Part shown: one piece after another, positions 50,700 through 61,358 of the stretch
Layout of the letters: each line of letters starts with the position of its first letter
Numbering within the stretch: position 1 is the stretch's first letter
Source of the DNA: Alphaproteobacteria bacterium
GTDB lineage: Bacteria; Pseudomonadota; Alphaproteobacteria; UBA828
Direction: 5' to 3'
NCBI GenBank assembly: GCA_965220745.1
Contig: CBDCQT010000010.1
Span: 320,001-384,000 of the forward strand
Length of the DNA stretch: 64,000 nucleotides
Translations under genes and position numbers: made by a program
Notes under the pieces: generated by a model
The model's database searches: none
Seen by the model: only the letters and a program-made list of their open reading frames with translations
Told to the model about the DNA's origin: nothing

Positions 50700-51893
50700 A
50701 TGACGCGACACGCGGAGATCGCGGGCGGCGGCTTCACCGGGCTCGTCATGGGCGCTGCGCTCGCCCAGGCGGGCTGGACCGTGCGCGTCCACGAACGCAC
50801 GGAGGAGATCCGCGCCTTCGGCGCCGGCATCTGGATCTGGGACAACGGCGTCCGCGTGCTGAAGGCCATCGGCGCGGCCGACGAGGCGCTCGACGGCTGC
50901 ACCGAGGCGCCGACCTACATCAGCTGGGACGCCAAGGGCCGCTACATCGACGAGGTCCCTTTTGCGCCCATCACCAGCACCGATCGCTCACGCATGTTCT
51001 GCATCACCCGCCAGCAACTCCTGAGCGCGATCCTGGGCGCGGCGGAGCGGGCCGGGGTCGAGATTGTCACCGGCTCGACCGCGACCAGCGCGCGGCCCGA
51101 AGGTGTGCTGATCACCGAGGATGGCCGCGATTGGCCGGCGGACCTTGTGATCGGTGCGGACGGCATCAACTCCAAGGTACGGGACTCGCTGGGCCTCCTG
51201 AAGAGCCGCAAGCCCCATGTGGACGGCGCCATCCGGGTGCTCGTACCGCACGAGCCGGGTTACGCCGACACCGAAGAGGGCCGCACCATCCGCGAGTGGT
51301 GGAACGGCTACCGCCGGGTGCTCTACACGCCGTGCACGCGAGAGGTCTTCTATCTGGCGTTCATCATGCTCGCGCGCGATTCCGAGGCATCACGGCTGCC
51401 CTTGCCGAAGAAGCTCTGGACCGAGGCCTTCCCGCACCTCGAATCGATGATCGACCGGGTGCCGGACGAGGGACGCTACGACCGCTTCGAGACGATCAAG
51501 CTCAAGGCCTGGAGCAGGGGCCGGGTGGCGATCGTGGGCGATTCCGCACACGCCATGTCGCCAGGGTTAGGCCAGGGCTGCGGCACGGCGATCTCGAACG
51601 CCCTTTCGCTCGCCAACATGCTGCAGGAATCCGACGACATCGGGCGGGTACTCGCGCGCTGGGAGGCGCGGCAGCGGCCGATCTCCGAGCACACGCAGCT
51701 CTGGTCGACGATCACCTGGCCACTCATCCTTTGGCCCCACTGGGCGGCGCGCTTCTACTACAACATGCCGATCCTGCACCCCTGGATGCTAAAGCAGCGC
51801 CGCAAGCCGTCGGAGTTCTTCGCTTACGGCACCGAAACGCAGGTGCGCTGGATGCCGCCCTACCTGCGCAAAGAGGCCGAAACGGCGGCGTAA
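50700..51893 (+). CDS. FAD-dependent monooxygenase, MHPCO-like, copy 2
   Basis: 397 aa like copy 1; about 48 substitutions by manual count. Confidence 0.8.
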   Translation: MTRHAEIAGGGFTGLVMGAALAQAGWTVRVHERTEEIRAFGAGIWIWDNGVRVLKAIGAADEALDGCTEAPTYISWDAKGRYIDEVPFAPITSTDRSRMFCITRQQLLSAILGAAERAGVEIVTGSTATSARPEGVLITEDGRDWPADLVIGADGINSKVRDSLGLLKSRKPHVDGAIRVLVPHEPGYADTEEGRTIREWWNGYRRVLYTPCTREVFYLAFIMLARDSEASRLPLPKKLWTEAFPHLESMIDRVPDEGRYDRFETIKLKAWSRGRVAIVGDSAHAMSPGLGQGCGTAISNALSLANMLQESDDIGRVLARWEARQRPISEHTQLWSTITWPLILWPHWAARFYYNMPILHPWMLKQRRKPSEFFAYGTETQVRWMPPYLRKEAETAA

Positions 51894-51929
51894 GGAGCGC
51901 GGCGCGCAATTCAGTAGGGTCGTATCCGC

Positions 51930-51958
51930 TTGCGTCGTGTAGCGCTACACGTTACAGT
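51930..51958 (+). promoter_or_regulatory. higBA promoter with operator palindrome
   Basis: TTGCGT-N17-TACAGT; the spacer holds the perfect 16-bp palindrome CGTGTAGCGCTACACG. Confidence 0.6.
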
Positions 51959-51964
51959 ATTCCC

Positions 51965-52237
51965 GTGAGGATCAGGCACAAGGGCCTGCGCGCGTTGCAC
52001 CAACGGGACGACCCGGCGCGGCTGCCCGCGAACCTGGTCCCCCGGCTTCGGCGCATTCTGTTCCGGCTGCAAGAGGCATCCCATCCGCGCAGCGCCGATG
52101 CCCCCGGCTTCCGCTTGCATCCGCTCATGGGCGACCGGGCGGGCCAATGGAGCGTGCGCGTCACCGGCAATTTGCGGGTGGTGTTTCGCTTCGAGGACGG
52201 CGAAGCCGTCGATGTCGACTTGATCGACTACCACTGA
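51965..52237 (+). CDS. higB: HigB (RelE/ParE superfamily) toxin
   Basis: IRHKGLRAL...PGFRLHPLMGDRAGQWSVRVTGNLRVVFRF...DLIDYH. Confidence 0.9.
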   Translation: MRIRHKGLRALHQRDDPARLPANLVPRLRRILFRLQEASHPRSADAPGFRLHPLMGDRAGQWSVRVTGNLRVVFRFEDGEAVDVDLIDYH

Positions 52238-52256
52238 TCGGAAGGAGCAACGGCTC

Positions 52257-52571
52257 ATGAGCGACGACAATAGCGATCGTGTGGGGTCCATGCTGAACCC
52301 GCCGCACTTGGGCGAATTGATCCGCGAGAGCATGGACGAGGTCGGCTGGAACGTCACCGAGACCGCGAGCCGCCTGGGCTGCGAGCGCGGCACGTTGTCG
52401 CGGCTGCTCAACGGCAAGGCCGGCCTATCGGCCGCCATGGCGCTGGCCCTGGAAGACATCGGCTGGGGCACCGCCGAGCACTGGATGCGGATGCAGGCGA
52501 GCTACGAGCTGGCGCAAGCGCGACGGGAGCGGGCATCCGCGATTCATAGCGCTACGAGTGGAGCCGCCTGA
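52257..52571 (+). CDS. higA: HigA HTH antitoxin
   Basis: NPPHLGELIRE, TLSRLLNGKAGLSAAMALAL, WMRMQASYEL. Confidence 0.9.
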   Translation: MSDDNSDRVGSMLNPPHLGELIRESMDEVGWNVTETASRLGCERGTLSRLLNGKAGLSAAMALALEDIGWGTAEHWMRMQASYELAQARRERASAIHSATSGAA

Positions 52572-52597
52572 CTCCGCCGCGCGCCAGGGAGCAAGCG

Positions 52598-54964
52598 TCA
52601 GGCGCGGCGGCGGGCACGGTCGACGCAGGCCAATGCAGCCATGTCGAGGATGGCGTCGGTATCGATCCGGTGCTTGGCGTAGAGCGCCGGGATATCGCCG
52701 GATTCGCCGAAGCCCGTGACACCGAGCGGATAGGCGCGGTGGCCGGCGACGGTGCCGAGCCAGGAGAGTGCGGCCGGGTGGCCGTCCAGCACGGTGACGA
52801 GCGCCGCGTCGGGCGGCAGCCGGCGGAGCAGGGTCTCGGCGTGGGTCGCGGGCGCCGCCTCGCCCCGCGCGCGGACTTGGGTCGCGTCCATCAAGTCGCC
52901 GTAGAGACGGTCGGCCGACGTGACGGCGAGCAGGCCGATGCCCGGTATCTCATCGGCCAGCGCCGCATGGGCCTCCTGCGCCTCGGGCGCGATGGCGCCG
53001 GAAAAGACCAGCGCCAGCGGGGCGTCCGGCGCCGGTTCCGTCAGCCAGTAGCCGCCGGCCAGGATGTCGTGCCGGAGCGCCGCGTCGATCGCGCGCTCGG
53101 GCTGCTCGATGGTGCGGGTGGAGAGGCGGCAGTAGAGGGCGCCGCCGTCCGGCTCCTGCAGGTGGCCGAAGCCCCACAACATGATCTCGGCGACCTCGTC
53201 GGCGAAGGCCGGCTCGAAGGAGATGAGCCCAGGCTGGCCCATGCCGAGCAGCGGCGTGCCGACCGATTGATGTGCGCCACCCTCGGGCGCGAGCGTAATG
53301 CCCGACGGCGTGCCCGCCAGCATGAAGCGCGCATCCTGATAGCAGGCGTAGGTCAGCGCATCGAGGCCGCGCGCGATGAAGGGATCGTACACCGTGCCCA
53401 CCGGCAGCAGCCGGGCGCCAAAGAAGTCGTCGCTAAGCCCGAGAGCGGAGAGCAGGAGGAAGAGGTTGTTCTCCGCGATTCCGAGCTCGATGTGCTGGCC
53501 GTTCCGGCTGAGCGACCACTTCTGCATCGAGACCACCTTCTCGGAGCGGAAGACGTCCTCGCGGTCGGCGCGGTCGAAGATGCCGCGCTGGTTCACCCAG
53601 CCGCCGAGGTTGGTGGAGACCGTGACATCGGGCGAGGTGGTGACGATGCGCTGGGCGAGCGGGCTCTCGCCCTTGCCGAGCTCGTTCAGAATGCGGCCGA
53701 AGGCCTCCTGCGTGGACATGCGGGGGCCGGGGCGGAAGGGCAGCGCGTCGGGCAGCGGCACGGCCGGCGCCGAATGCCGGCCCGGCTTCCGGTTGAAGGG
53801 GACCGCACCGATGAACTGCTCCAGGGTCTCCTCGTCGAGCCCGAGGCCGGCGAAGCGGGACCACTCGGAGCCTTCGTCCACGTGCATCGAGGCCCGGAAG
53901 TCGGCCATCTGCTCTTCGTTCATGATGCCGGCGTGATTGTCCTTGTGGCCGGCGAAGGGCAACCCGAAGCCCTTGATCGTGTACGCGATGAAGCAGTGGG
54001 GAACGTCGGAATCGACCTCGCGCAACGCCTCCAGCACCGCCTCCATGTCGTGGCCCGCGAGGTTGGTCATCAGGTCTTGCAGGCCGTCGTCGTTGTAGTC
54101 CGCGAGCAACGCCTTCATGCCGGCAACGTGGCCGATGTCCTGGGTGAGCCGTTCGCGCCAAGCCGCGCCGCCCTTGAAGGTGAGCGCGCAGTAGAGCTCG
54201 TTGGGGCAGTCGTCGATCCACTGCCGGATCGCCTCGCCGCCGGGCTTCGCGAAGGCGGCCTGCTGGCGACGGCCGTACTTCAGGATCACCACCTGCCAGC
54301 CGACCGCCTGGAAGAAGTCCTTGATCTTCTGGAACAGGCGGTCGGAGACCACACGGTCGAGGCTCTGGCGGTTATAGTCGATGATCCACCAGAGGTTTCG
54401 GACGTCGTGCTTCCAGCCCTCCAGCAGCGCCTCGAAGACGTTGCCCTCGTCGAGCTCGGCATCGCCCATGACGGCGATCATGCGGCCGGGCGGACGCTGG
54501 TCGGGCGCGAGCTTGTGGAAGTGCACGTAGTCCTGGACCATGGAGGCGAACAACGTCATGCCGACCCCGAGCCCGACCGAGCCCGTGGAGATGTCGACGT
54601 CGTCGCTGTCCTTGGTGCGCGACGGGTAGCTCTGGGCGCCGCCGAGGGCCCGGAAATCTTCGAGCTTCGCGCGGGTCTGATTGCCGAAGAGGTACTGGAT
54701 CGCGTGGAACACCGGGCTTGCGTGGGGCTTCACGGCGACCCGGTCGTTCGGCCCGAGCACGTCGAAGTAAAGCGCCGTCATCAGCGTTGCGACCGAGGCG
54801 CACGAGGCTTGGTGGCCACCCACCTTGAGCCCGTCGCGCGCGGGGCGCAGGTGGTTCGCGTTGTGGACCATCCACGACGACAGCCACAGCACCTTGCGCT
54901 CAAGCGCGTTGAGGCAGGCGAGCGTCTCCGGCGCGACGGCCGGCCTGTTCACGAGCTGGCTCAT
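52598..54964 (-). CDS. AceE-like 2-oxoacid dehydrogenase E1 (TPP-dependent)
   Basis: KVGGHQAS, QSYPS, STGSVG, GDAELDEG...NRQSLD, EGGAHQS. Confidence 0.88.
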   Translation of the reverse strand: MSQLVNRPAVAPETLACLNALERKVLWLSSWMVHNANHLRPARDGLKVGGHQASCASVATLMTALYFDVLGPNDRVAVKPHASPVFHAIQYLFGNQTRAKLEDFRALGGAQSYPSRTKDSDDVDISTGSVGLGVGMTLFASMVQDYVHFHKLAPDQRPPGRMIAVMGDAELDEGNVFEALLEGWKHDVRNLWWIIDYNRQSLDRVVSDRLFQKIKDFFQAVGWQVVILKYGRRQQAAFAKPGGEAIRQWIDDCPNELYCALTFKGGAAWRERLTQDIGHVAGMKALLADYNDDGLQDLMTNLAGHDMEAVLEALREVDSDVPHCFIAYTIKGFGLPFAGHKDNHAGIMNEEQMADFRASMHVDEGSEWSRFAGLGLDEETLEQFIGAVPFNRKPGRHSAPAVPLPDALPFRPGPRMSTQEAFGRILNELGKGESPLAQRIVTTSPDVTVSTNLGGWVNQRGIFDRADREDVFRSEKVVSMQKWSLSRNGQHIELGIAENNLFLLLSALGLSDDFFGARLLPVGTVYDPFIARGLDALTYACYQDARFMLAGTPSGITLAPEGGAHQSVGTPLLGMGQPGLISFEPAFADEVAEIMLWGFGHLQEPDGGALYCRLSTRTIEQPERAIDAALRHDILAGGYWLTEPAPDAPLALVFSGAIAPEAQEAHAALADEIPGIGLLAVTSADRLYGDLMDATQVRARGEAAPATHAETLLRRLPPDAALVTVLDGHPAALSWLGTVAGHRAYPLGVTGFGESGDIPALYAKHRIDTDAILDMAALACVDRARRRA

Positions 54965-55035
54965 AGGGCCTCCCCTGCGCCAAGTCTACCGCAGACGCGC
55001 CGTTGCGGCCATCGCGGCGCCAAAGCATTGATTCA

Positions 55036-55668
55036 ATGAGTAGATCACAACGAGACGAGGAGGCGCGGGAGGCCGCCGCCATCACGCTCGCGGAGTACGA
55101 CCGCATGGCGGAGGCCTATCGCCACGGCACCGCCGATCACGACGTGAGCCAGAACATCGCGGCCCTGCTCGACGCCATCGAGGGTACGCCGCCTTACGCG
55201 ATCCTCGATCTCGGCTGCGGGCCGGGCCGCGACCTGCTGGCCTTCACCGAACTCGGGCACGACGCCACCGGCCTGGACGGCGCGGCGGAGCTGGTCGCGC
55301 TGGCGCGTGCCGAAACCGACTGCACGGTGCTGCTCCAGGACTTTCTCGCGCTCGACCTGCCGGCAGCGCAGTTCGACGGGATCTTCGCCAACGCCTCGCT
55401 CTTCCACGTGCCGAGCAGCCAGATCGCGCGCGTGCTTGGCGAGCTTGCGGCAGCGCTGAAGCCCGGGGGCGTGCTCTTCTGCTCCAATCCGCGCGGGGAT
55501 AACCAGGAAGGCTGGGTCGGCGGGCGCTACGGCTGCTTCTGGGACCTCGCGACCTGGCGCGCCCTCGTCACCGGCGCAGGCTTCGCCGAGCTGCACCACT
55601 ACTACCGACCGCCCGGCCGCCCGCGCCATGAGCAGCCCTGGCTCGCCACCGTCTGGCGCAAGGGCTAG
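55036..55668 (+). CDS. class I SAM-dependent methyltransferase
   Basis: ILDLGCGPGRD, FDGIFANASLFH, LKPGG. Confidence 0.88.
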   Translation: MSRSQRDEEAREAAAITLAEYDRMAEAYRHGTADHDVSQNIAALLDAIEGTPPYAILDLGCGPGRDLLAFTELGHDATGLDGAAELVALARAETDCTVLLQDFLALDLPAAQFDGIFANASLFHVPSSQIARVLGELAAALKPGGVLFCSNPRGDNQEGWVGGRYGCFWDLATWRALVTGAGFAELHHYYRPPGRPRHEQPWLATVWRKG

Positions 55669-55726
55669 AACCAGTTCCGGAGAGGCGAGATCAGGCCCCC
55701 GCCGCCGACGTCCGGGCGCGACCGGA

Positions 55727-56206
55727 CTAAACAAGCTGCTCAAGCTCTAGCGCTTCGCACACTGTCTTCGGCACACGGTAATCCCACGCCTGTTCGTCAT
55801 CATTCCATCTGTACTCGAAGAACGTGAGGTTCTTGTCGTAGCCCTTTGTCTTCGTGAGGCGTCGGCCAAATGCCCCCAACAGGCCTGCAAACTGCGCGGG
55901 CTTGTAGCCTGTGATGACGTGCAGTTCCGCCCGTGTGAGCCAGCCTGGGTGTGCCTCGTAAAGCGCAATCAGTGCATTCTTCATCGGCGAGGAAAGCCCT
56001 AGACGGGTCAAGGCAAGCCGAGCAAACCGAGTAGTGACCACAGTCGAGTCGCTCTCGGCTGGCTCAGAAGCGGTCTCCGATGGGACGTCTTCATCGGTGA
56101 GTTCGACAGCCGTGATCCGCAGGTCTGTGGCCTCAGACAGTGCCTGCAGTATGCCGCTGATCTCCGTCGAAGTGCCTTCCACCCGAATGTGCATTTCCAT
56201 CATCAT
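55727..56206 (-). CDS. hypothetical protein, possible winged-helix C-terminus; lower GC
   Basis: AAGGAG RBS before the ATG; 159 aa; AT-rich upstream region. Confidence 0.65.
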   Translation of the reverse strand: MMMEMHIRVEGTSTEISGILQALSEATDLRITAVELTDEDVPSETASEPAESDSTVVTTRFARLALTRLGLSSPMKNALIALYEAHPGWLTRAELHVITGYKPAQFAGLLGAFGRRLTKTKGYDKNLTFFEYRWNDDEQAWDYRVPKTVCEALELEQLV

Positions 56207-56707
56207 GTCTCCTTATTTCTATCCACGTGCCTCGTGGCGTGTTAGTTATCTTACATTATTTTACGTTTTCTAAATGTCAAGTTGAATCTTGCACGCAGGT
56301 GATCGGCAAGGTGCTGATCGACGTGGAGGCTGGACTGCCCTGACCGGAATTCTCACCCCGGACCATGGTGCGGTACACGGCGCGGGCGAGCGGTGCAGAA
56401 TGCCGGCATGAGATGTGCGATCCATTGGCGGTTCCATTCGGACGGCCGAGGTGGTGCGAGCCTTCCGCCGACGCCGCCATTCGCGCTTCGGACGGGCCCG
56501 GTTCACCCCCAAGGTGGTCCGCCATAAGCCAGGGTGGACCGCCGGTTTCGGGCCACTTTGGACCGGAATGGGCCGGATTGGGCCGGAATAGGCCGCCATA
56601 AAATTGTTTCGCCCTGTCCGCGCCGGTGCGGCGGCGCTCTCCGGTGGCCGGAGGGCGCGGCGAGGCTTTACAATGAGGCGATCCAATAGACCGGCGGACG
56701 ACGGACC

Positions 56708-57745
56708 ATGATCTTTCGCCAGCTCTATCACATGGCCTCGGGCACCTATACCTACCTGCTGGGCGGGCGCACGGGCGGAGAGGCGCTCATCATCGACCCG
56801 GTGCAGGAGCAGGTGGAGCGCTATCTGACGCTGCTCGACGAGCTCGATCTCACCCTCGCCAAGGTCGTGGATACCCACGTCCACGCGGACCACATCAGCG
56901 GCATGGCGGAGCTCCGCGACCGCACCAAGTGCGTCACCGTGATGGGCCGGGAGGCGCCGGTGGACGTGGTCTCGATGCGGGTGGGCGACGGCGATCCGGT
57001 GGAGATCGAGGGTGTCGGCCTGCGCGCGCTGCACACGCCGGGCCACACGGCCGAGTCCTACAGCTTCGTCATGGAGGACCGCGTCTTCACCGGGGACACG
57101 TTGCTGATCCGGGGAACCGGCCGCACCGACTTCCAGAACGGCGACCCGCTGCAGCAGTACGACTCGCTCTTCGACAAGCTGCTGACTCTGCCCGAGGAGA
57201 CGCTGGTCTACCCTGGCCACGACTACAAGGGCGACACGGTGAGCACTATCGGCGAGGAGAAGCGCTTCAACCCGCGCCTGCAGGTCGCAACGCCCGCCGA
57301 CTACGCTGCGCTGATGAATGGCCTCAACCTCGCCAACCCCAAGATGATGGACGTGGCGGTGCCGGCGAACCTGCGGGTGGGCCGGGGCCAGGCCGACGAC
57401 GCGCACCCCGAGTGCGCCATGACCGCGCAGGAGGTCATGCACGGCCAGCGGCCGGACGACATCCTGGTGGATCTGCGGGAGGAAGGGGAGCGTGGCCGGG
57501 AAGGCGCGATCCCGAACTCGATCCACGCGCCCTACGGCCAGCTCGCCGGCATGATCGGGCCGGGCGGAGCCCTGCGCGCGCTCGCCGGCCGGCCGGGGTA
57601 TCGGCTGGTCTACTACTGCGCCTTCGGCGAGCGCTCGGCGATGGCGGTCGATGCCTCGCGCGAGGGTGGGATCGGCAACGTCTGTCACATGATCGGCGGC
57701 ATCGCCGCCTGGCGCGACGCCGGCGGCACGATCGAAGAGTGTTGA
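56708..57745 (+). CDS. persulfide dioxygenase (ETHE1-like MBL) fused to rhodanese
   Basis: DTHVHADHISG, TPGHT, GRTDFQNG, YPGHDY; rhodanese YCAFGERS, GGIAAW. Confidence 0.9.
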   Translation: MIFRQLYHMASGTYTYLLGGRTGGEALIIDPVQEQVERYLTLLDELDLTLAKVVDTHVHADHISGMAELRDRTKCVTVMGREAPVDVVSMRVGDGDPVEIEGVGLRALHTPGHTAESYSFVMEDRVFTGDTLLIRGTGRTDFQNGDPLQQYDSLFDKLLTLPEETLVYPGHDYKGDTVSTIGEEKRFNPRLQVATPADYAALMNGLNLANPKMMDVAVPANLRVGRGQADDAHPECAMTAQEVMHGQRPDDILVDLREEGERGREGAIPNSIHAPYGQLAGMIGPGGALRALAGRPGYRLVYYCAFGERSAMAVDASREGGIGNVCHMIGGIAAWRDAGGTIEEC

Positions 57746-57831
57746 TCCCGCCCGCGACCCGGCGGGGTCCGGCGCTTGCCCCCGACCGCCGCTCCGTGCT
57801 TCCTTCCGGCCCGAGTTAGGGAGAGGGCAGG

Positions 57832-58944
57832 ATGAAGCTCGGCATGTTCATGATGCCGGTGAACGATCACCGGCGGGACACCCACACGGTGCTCAAGGAG
57901 GACGTGGAGATCGCGGTCGCCTGCGACCGCCTCGGCTTCGACGAGTTCTGGATCGGCGAGCACTACACGACGTTGAGCGAGCCGGTGACCTGCCCTTTCA
58001 TGTTCCTCTCCAACCTGATCGCGCGGACGACCCGCATGAAGCTCGGCACCGGCGTGGTCAACTTGCCCCAGCGCCACCCGGTGCAGACCGCCGCCCACGC
58101 CGCGCTGCTGGACCACCTGAGCGAGGGGCGCCTGATCCTGGGCGTGAGCCCGGGCGGGCTGGTCAGCGACTTCGAGATGTTCGGCGTGACCGACCTCCAG
58201 GTCCGCCGCGAGATGGCGGGCGAAGCCATCGAGACCGTGCTCAAGCTCTGGTCCACCGAGCCGCCCTACGACATCCGGGGCAAGTACTGGACGCTGAGGC
58301 TGGAGGACTATCACTGGCCCGACCTCGGCGTCGGCGCCATGATCAAACCCTTCCAGAAGCCGCACCCGCCGCTCGTGGCGTCCGCCATGAGCCCGGATTC
58401 GGGCGGCGTGCGCAGCGCCGCGGCGCGCGGCTGGGGCGTGATCTCAGCCAATTTCGTGCCGGTCTCCACCATCAAGAACCACTGGCAGGGGTTCTCAGAC
58501 GGCTGCGCGCGGAGCGGCCGCGAGCCGGGGCCGGCGGACTGGCGCCTCGCCCGCTCGATCTTCGTCGCAGGCGACGACGCCTGGGCCAAGGCCTACGTGC
58601 GCGACCCCGAAGGGCCGTTCGCCCACTACTACGGCTATCTGGTGACGCTGGTGCGGCGCGCCGCGTTCCACGCCATCATGAAGAGCGGGCCCGAGATGGC
58701 GGACGAGGACGTGACGCCCGAATACGCCTGCGACGCTTTCTCCATCGCCGGCGACCCGGACTCGGTGGCCGAGGAGATCCTCGCGCTGCGCGAGGAGGTG
58801 GGGCCATTCGGCACCATCCTGATGACCGCGACCGACTGCCTGAACGAGACCCACAAGGCGCACCAGCTGACCTCGATGCGGCTCATGGCCGACGAGGTCG
58901 TCCCCAGGCTCAGGCGCGCGCTCGGCGACCGGGCGGCGGCTTAG
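57832..58944 (+). CDS. luciferase-like (LLM) flavin-dependent oxidoreductase
   Basis: GFDEFWIGEH, KLGTGVVNLP, PFQKPHPP. Confidence 0.9.
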   Translation: MKLGMFMMPVNDHRRDTHTVLKEDVEIAVACDRLGFDEFWIGEHYTTLSEPVTCPFMFLSNLIARTTRMKLGTGVVNLPQRHPVQTAAHAALLDHLSEGRLILGVSPGGLVSDFEMFGVTDLQVRREMAGEAIETVLKLWSTEPPYDIRGKYWTLRLEDYHWPDLGVGAMIKPFQKPHPPLVASAMSPDSGGVRSAAARGWGVISANFVPVSTIKNHWQGFSDGCARSGREPGPADWRLARSIFVAGDDAWAKAYVRDPEGPFAHYYGYLVTLVRRAAFHAIMKSGPEMADEDVTPEYACDAFSIAGDPDSVAEEILALREEVGPFGTILMTATDCLNETHKAHQLTSMRLMADEVVPRLRRALGDRAAA

Positions 58945-58967
58945 GGCGCAGCGGGGGACCCGCGCAC

Positions 58968-59627
58968 GTGCGGACGCGGGTCAAGATCTGCTGCATCTCC
59001 AGCGTGGCGGAGGCGGAGGCCGCCGTCGCCGCAGGCGCCGATGCCATCGGGCTGGTCTCGGCAATGCCGAGCGGGCCAGGGGTGATCGGAGAAGACCTGA
59101 TCGGGGAGATCGCCGCCGCCGCGCCGCCGGCCCTGGGCACCTTCCTGCTCACGTCCAAGACGGAGCCCGCCGCCATCGTCGCCCAGCAGCGGCGCTGCGG
59201 GGTCAACACGATCCAGCTCTGCGACACGCTCGATGCCAGCGCCTACCCGGCATTGCGCGAGGCGCTGCCCGGCATCGCGCTGGTGCAGGTGATCCACGTG
59301 CGGGACGAGAGCGCAGTGGCGGAGGCCGTTGGTATCGCCCCCGTGGTGGACGGGCTGCTGCTCGATTCCGGCAATCCGAGCGCCCCGGTGAAGGAGCTGG
59401 GCGGCACCGGGCGGGTCCACGACTGGGCGCTCAGCCGGCGCATCGTGGCGGAAGCCCCCTGCCCCGTCTTCCTCGCCGGCGGGCTCAACGCCGGCAACGT
59501 GGCCGACGCGATCCGCGCGGTGCGCCCCTACGGGGTCGATCTCTGCACCGGCGTTCGCACCGATGGCGCCCTCGATGCCGCGAAGCTCGGCGCCTTCATG
59601 GGCGCGGTGGCTGCAGCGGACGCATGA
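58968..59627 (+). CDS. trpF: phosphoribosylanthranilate isomerase-like protein
   Basis: RVKICCI, LLLDS, GGTGRVHDW, FLAGGLNAGNV, GVDLCTGV. Confidence 0.82.
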   Translation: MRTRVKICCISSVAEAEAAVAAGADAIGLVSAMPSGPGVIGEDLIGEIAAAAPPALGTFLLTSKTEPAAIVAQQRRCGVNTIQLCDTLDASAYPALREALPGIALVQVIHVRDESAVAEAVGIAPVVDGLLLDSGNPSAPVKELGGTGRVHDWALSRRIVAEAPCPVFLAGGLNAGNVADAIRAVRPYGVDLCTGVRTDGALDAAKLGAFMGAVAAADA

Positions 59628-59718
59628 GCCCGACTCCCAAGTTCGCGCAAAAGCACGTATTGATGGATCAACAGTCACAGTCGCGGCCATTCGAACGGCC
59701 GCCAGAGGGAGATGGACC

Positions 59719-60249
<531 letters not shown>

Positions 60250-60331
60250 GGCGCGGTGACAGACATCGCGCTGTGGCTAGGCTAGGCTGGGCGCAATCGG
60301 GACACGCACCAAAATCCAAGGGAGATACCCA

Positions 60332-61315
60332 ATGAAACGATTCATCGTCGCCGCACTTGCGGCGATCGGGATTGCCGCGGGCGGCATGGCTCAGGCCGAG
60401 GACTTCACGCCGGCCGTCGTCTTCGACATGGGCGGCAAGTTCGACAAGTCCTTCAACGAAGCTGCCTTCAACGGCGCCGAGAAGTTTACGGCGGACACCG
60501 GCATCCAGTATCGCGACTTCGAGGTAACCAACCCTTCCATGCGCGAGCAGGCGCTCCGCAACATGGCGCGACGCGGCGCGCAGGTGGTGGTGGCGATGGG
60601 CTTCGCCCAGGCGGCAGCGGTCGAGACAGTGGCGCAGGAGTTCCCCGAGACCAAGTTCACCCTGATCGACATGGTGGTGGACCTGCCCAACGTTCAGTCC
60701 GTGATCTTCAAGGAGCACGAGGGCTCGTTCCTGGTCGGCATGGCAGCCGCGATGGCATCGCAAACCGGCAAGGTCGGCTTCGTCGGCGGCATGGACATCC
60801 CGCTGATCCGCAAGTTCGCGCTCGGCTACGTGGAGGGCGCGCAGCACGTCAATCCGGACATCGAGATCTTCCAGAACATGACCGGCACGACGCCGTCTGC
60901 CTGGAACGACCCGACCAAGGGGGGCGAGCTCGCGCGCAGCCAGTTCGACCGGGGCGCGGACGTGGTCTACGCCGCCGCCGGCGGCACCGGCATCGGCGTC
61001 TACCAGGCCGCGAAAGACGCCGGCAAGCTCGCCATCGGTGTGGACAGCAACCAGAACTACATCCACCCCGGCACGATGCTGACCTCGATGGTCAAGCGCG
61101 TGGACGTGGCGGTCTACGAGTCCTTCAAGGCTGCCAAGGAAGGCACCTGGCAAGGCGGCATCCAGATCCTCGGGCTGGCGGAGGACGGCGTCGGCTGGGC
61201 ACTGGACGAGCACAACCGCAGCCTCGTCTCGGCCGAGATGGAAGCGGCGATCGAGCAGGCGCGCACGGACATCATCGCCGGCAACATCGCGGTGACCGAC
61301 TACATGGCGCAGTAG
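60332..61315 (+). CDS. BMP family ABC substrate-binding protein (purine nucleoside type)
   Basis: Signal peptide; GGKFDKSFN, FKEHEGSFL, IGVDSNQ, SMVKRVD. Confidence 0.92.
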   Translation: MKRFIVAALAAIGIAAGGMAQAEDFTPAVVFDMGGKFDKSFNEAAFNGAEKFTADTGIQYRDFEVTNPSMREQALRNMARRGAQVVVAMGFAQAAAVETVAQEFPETKFTLIDMVVDLPNVQSVIFKEHEGSFLVGMAAAMASQTGKVGFVGGMDIPLIRKFALGYVEGAQHVNPDIEIFQNMTGTTPSAWNDPTKGGELARSQFDRGADVVYAAAGGTGIGVYQAAKDAGKLAIGVDSNQNYIHPGTMLTSMVKRVDVAVYESFKAAKEGTWQGGIQILGLAEDGVGWALDEHNRSLVSAEMEAAIEQARTDIIAGNIAVTDYMAQ

Positions 61316-61358
61316 CGCGCGGGCGCCGGCGCCCGCCGGCTGCCGAGGCGTAAGCCCA

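Noticed and set aside
51131-51964. 368-aa ORF suggesting a long toxin fusion
   Set aside because: The upstream part overlaps the oxygenase gene out of frame; only the last 90 codons are HigB
56555-56600. Short tandem units as a CRISPR array
   Set aside because: Only 10-bp degenerate units with no spacers and no cas genes
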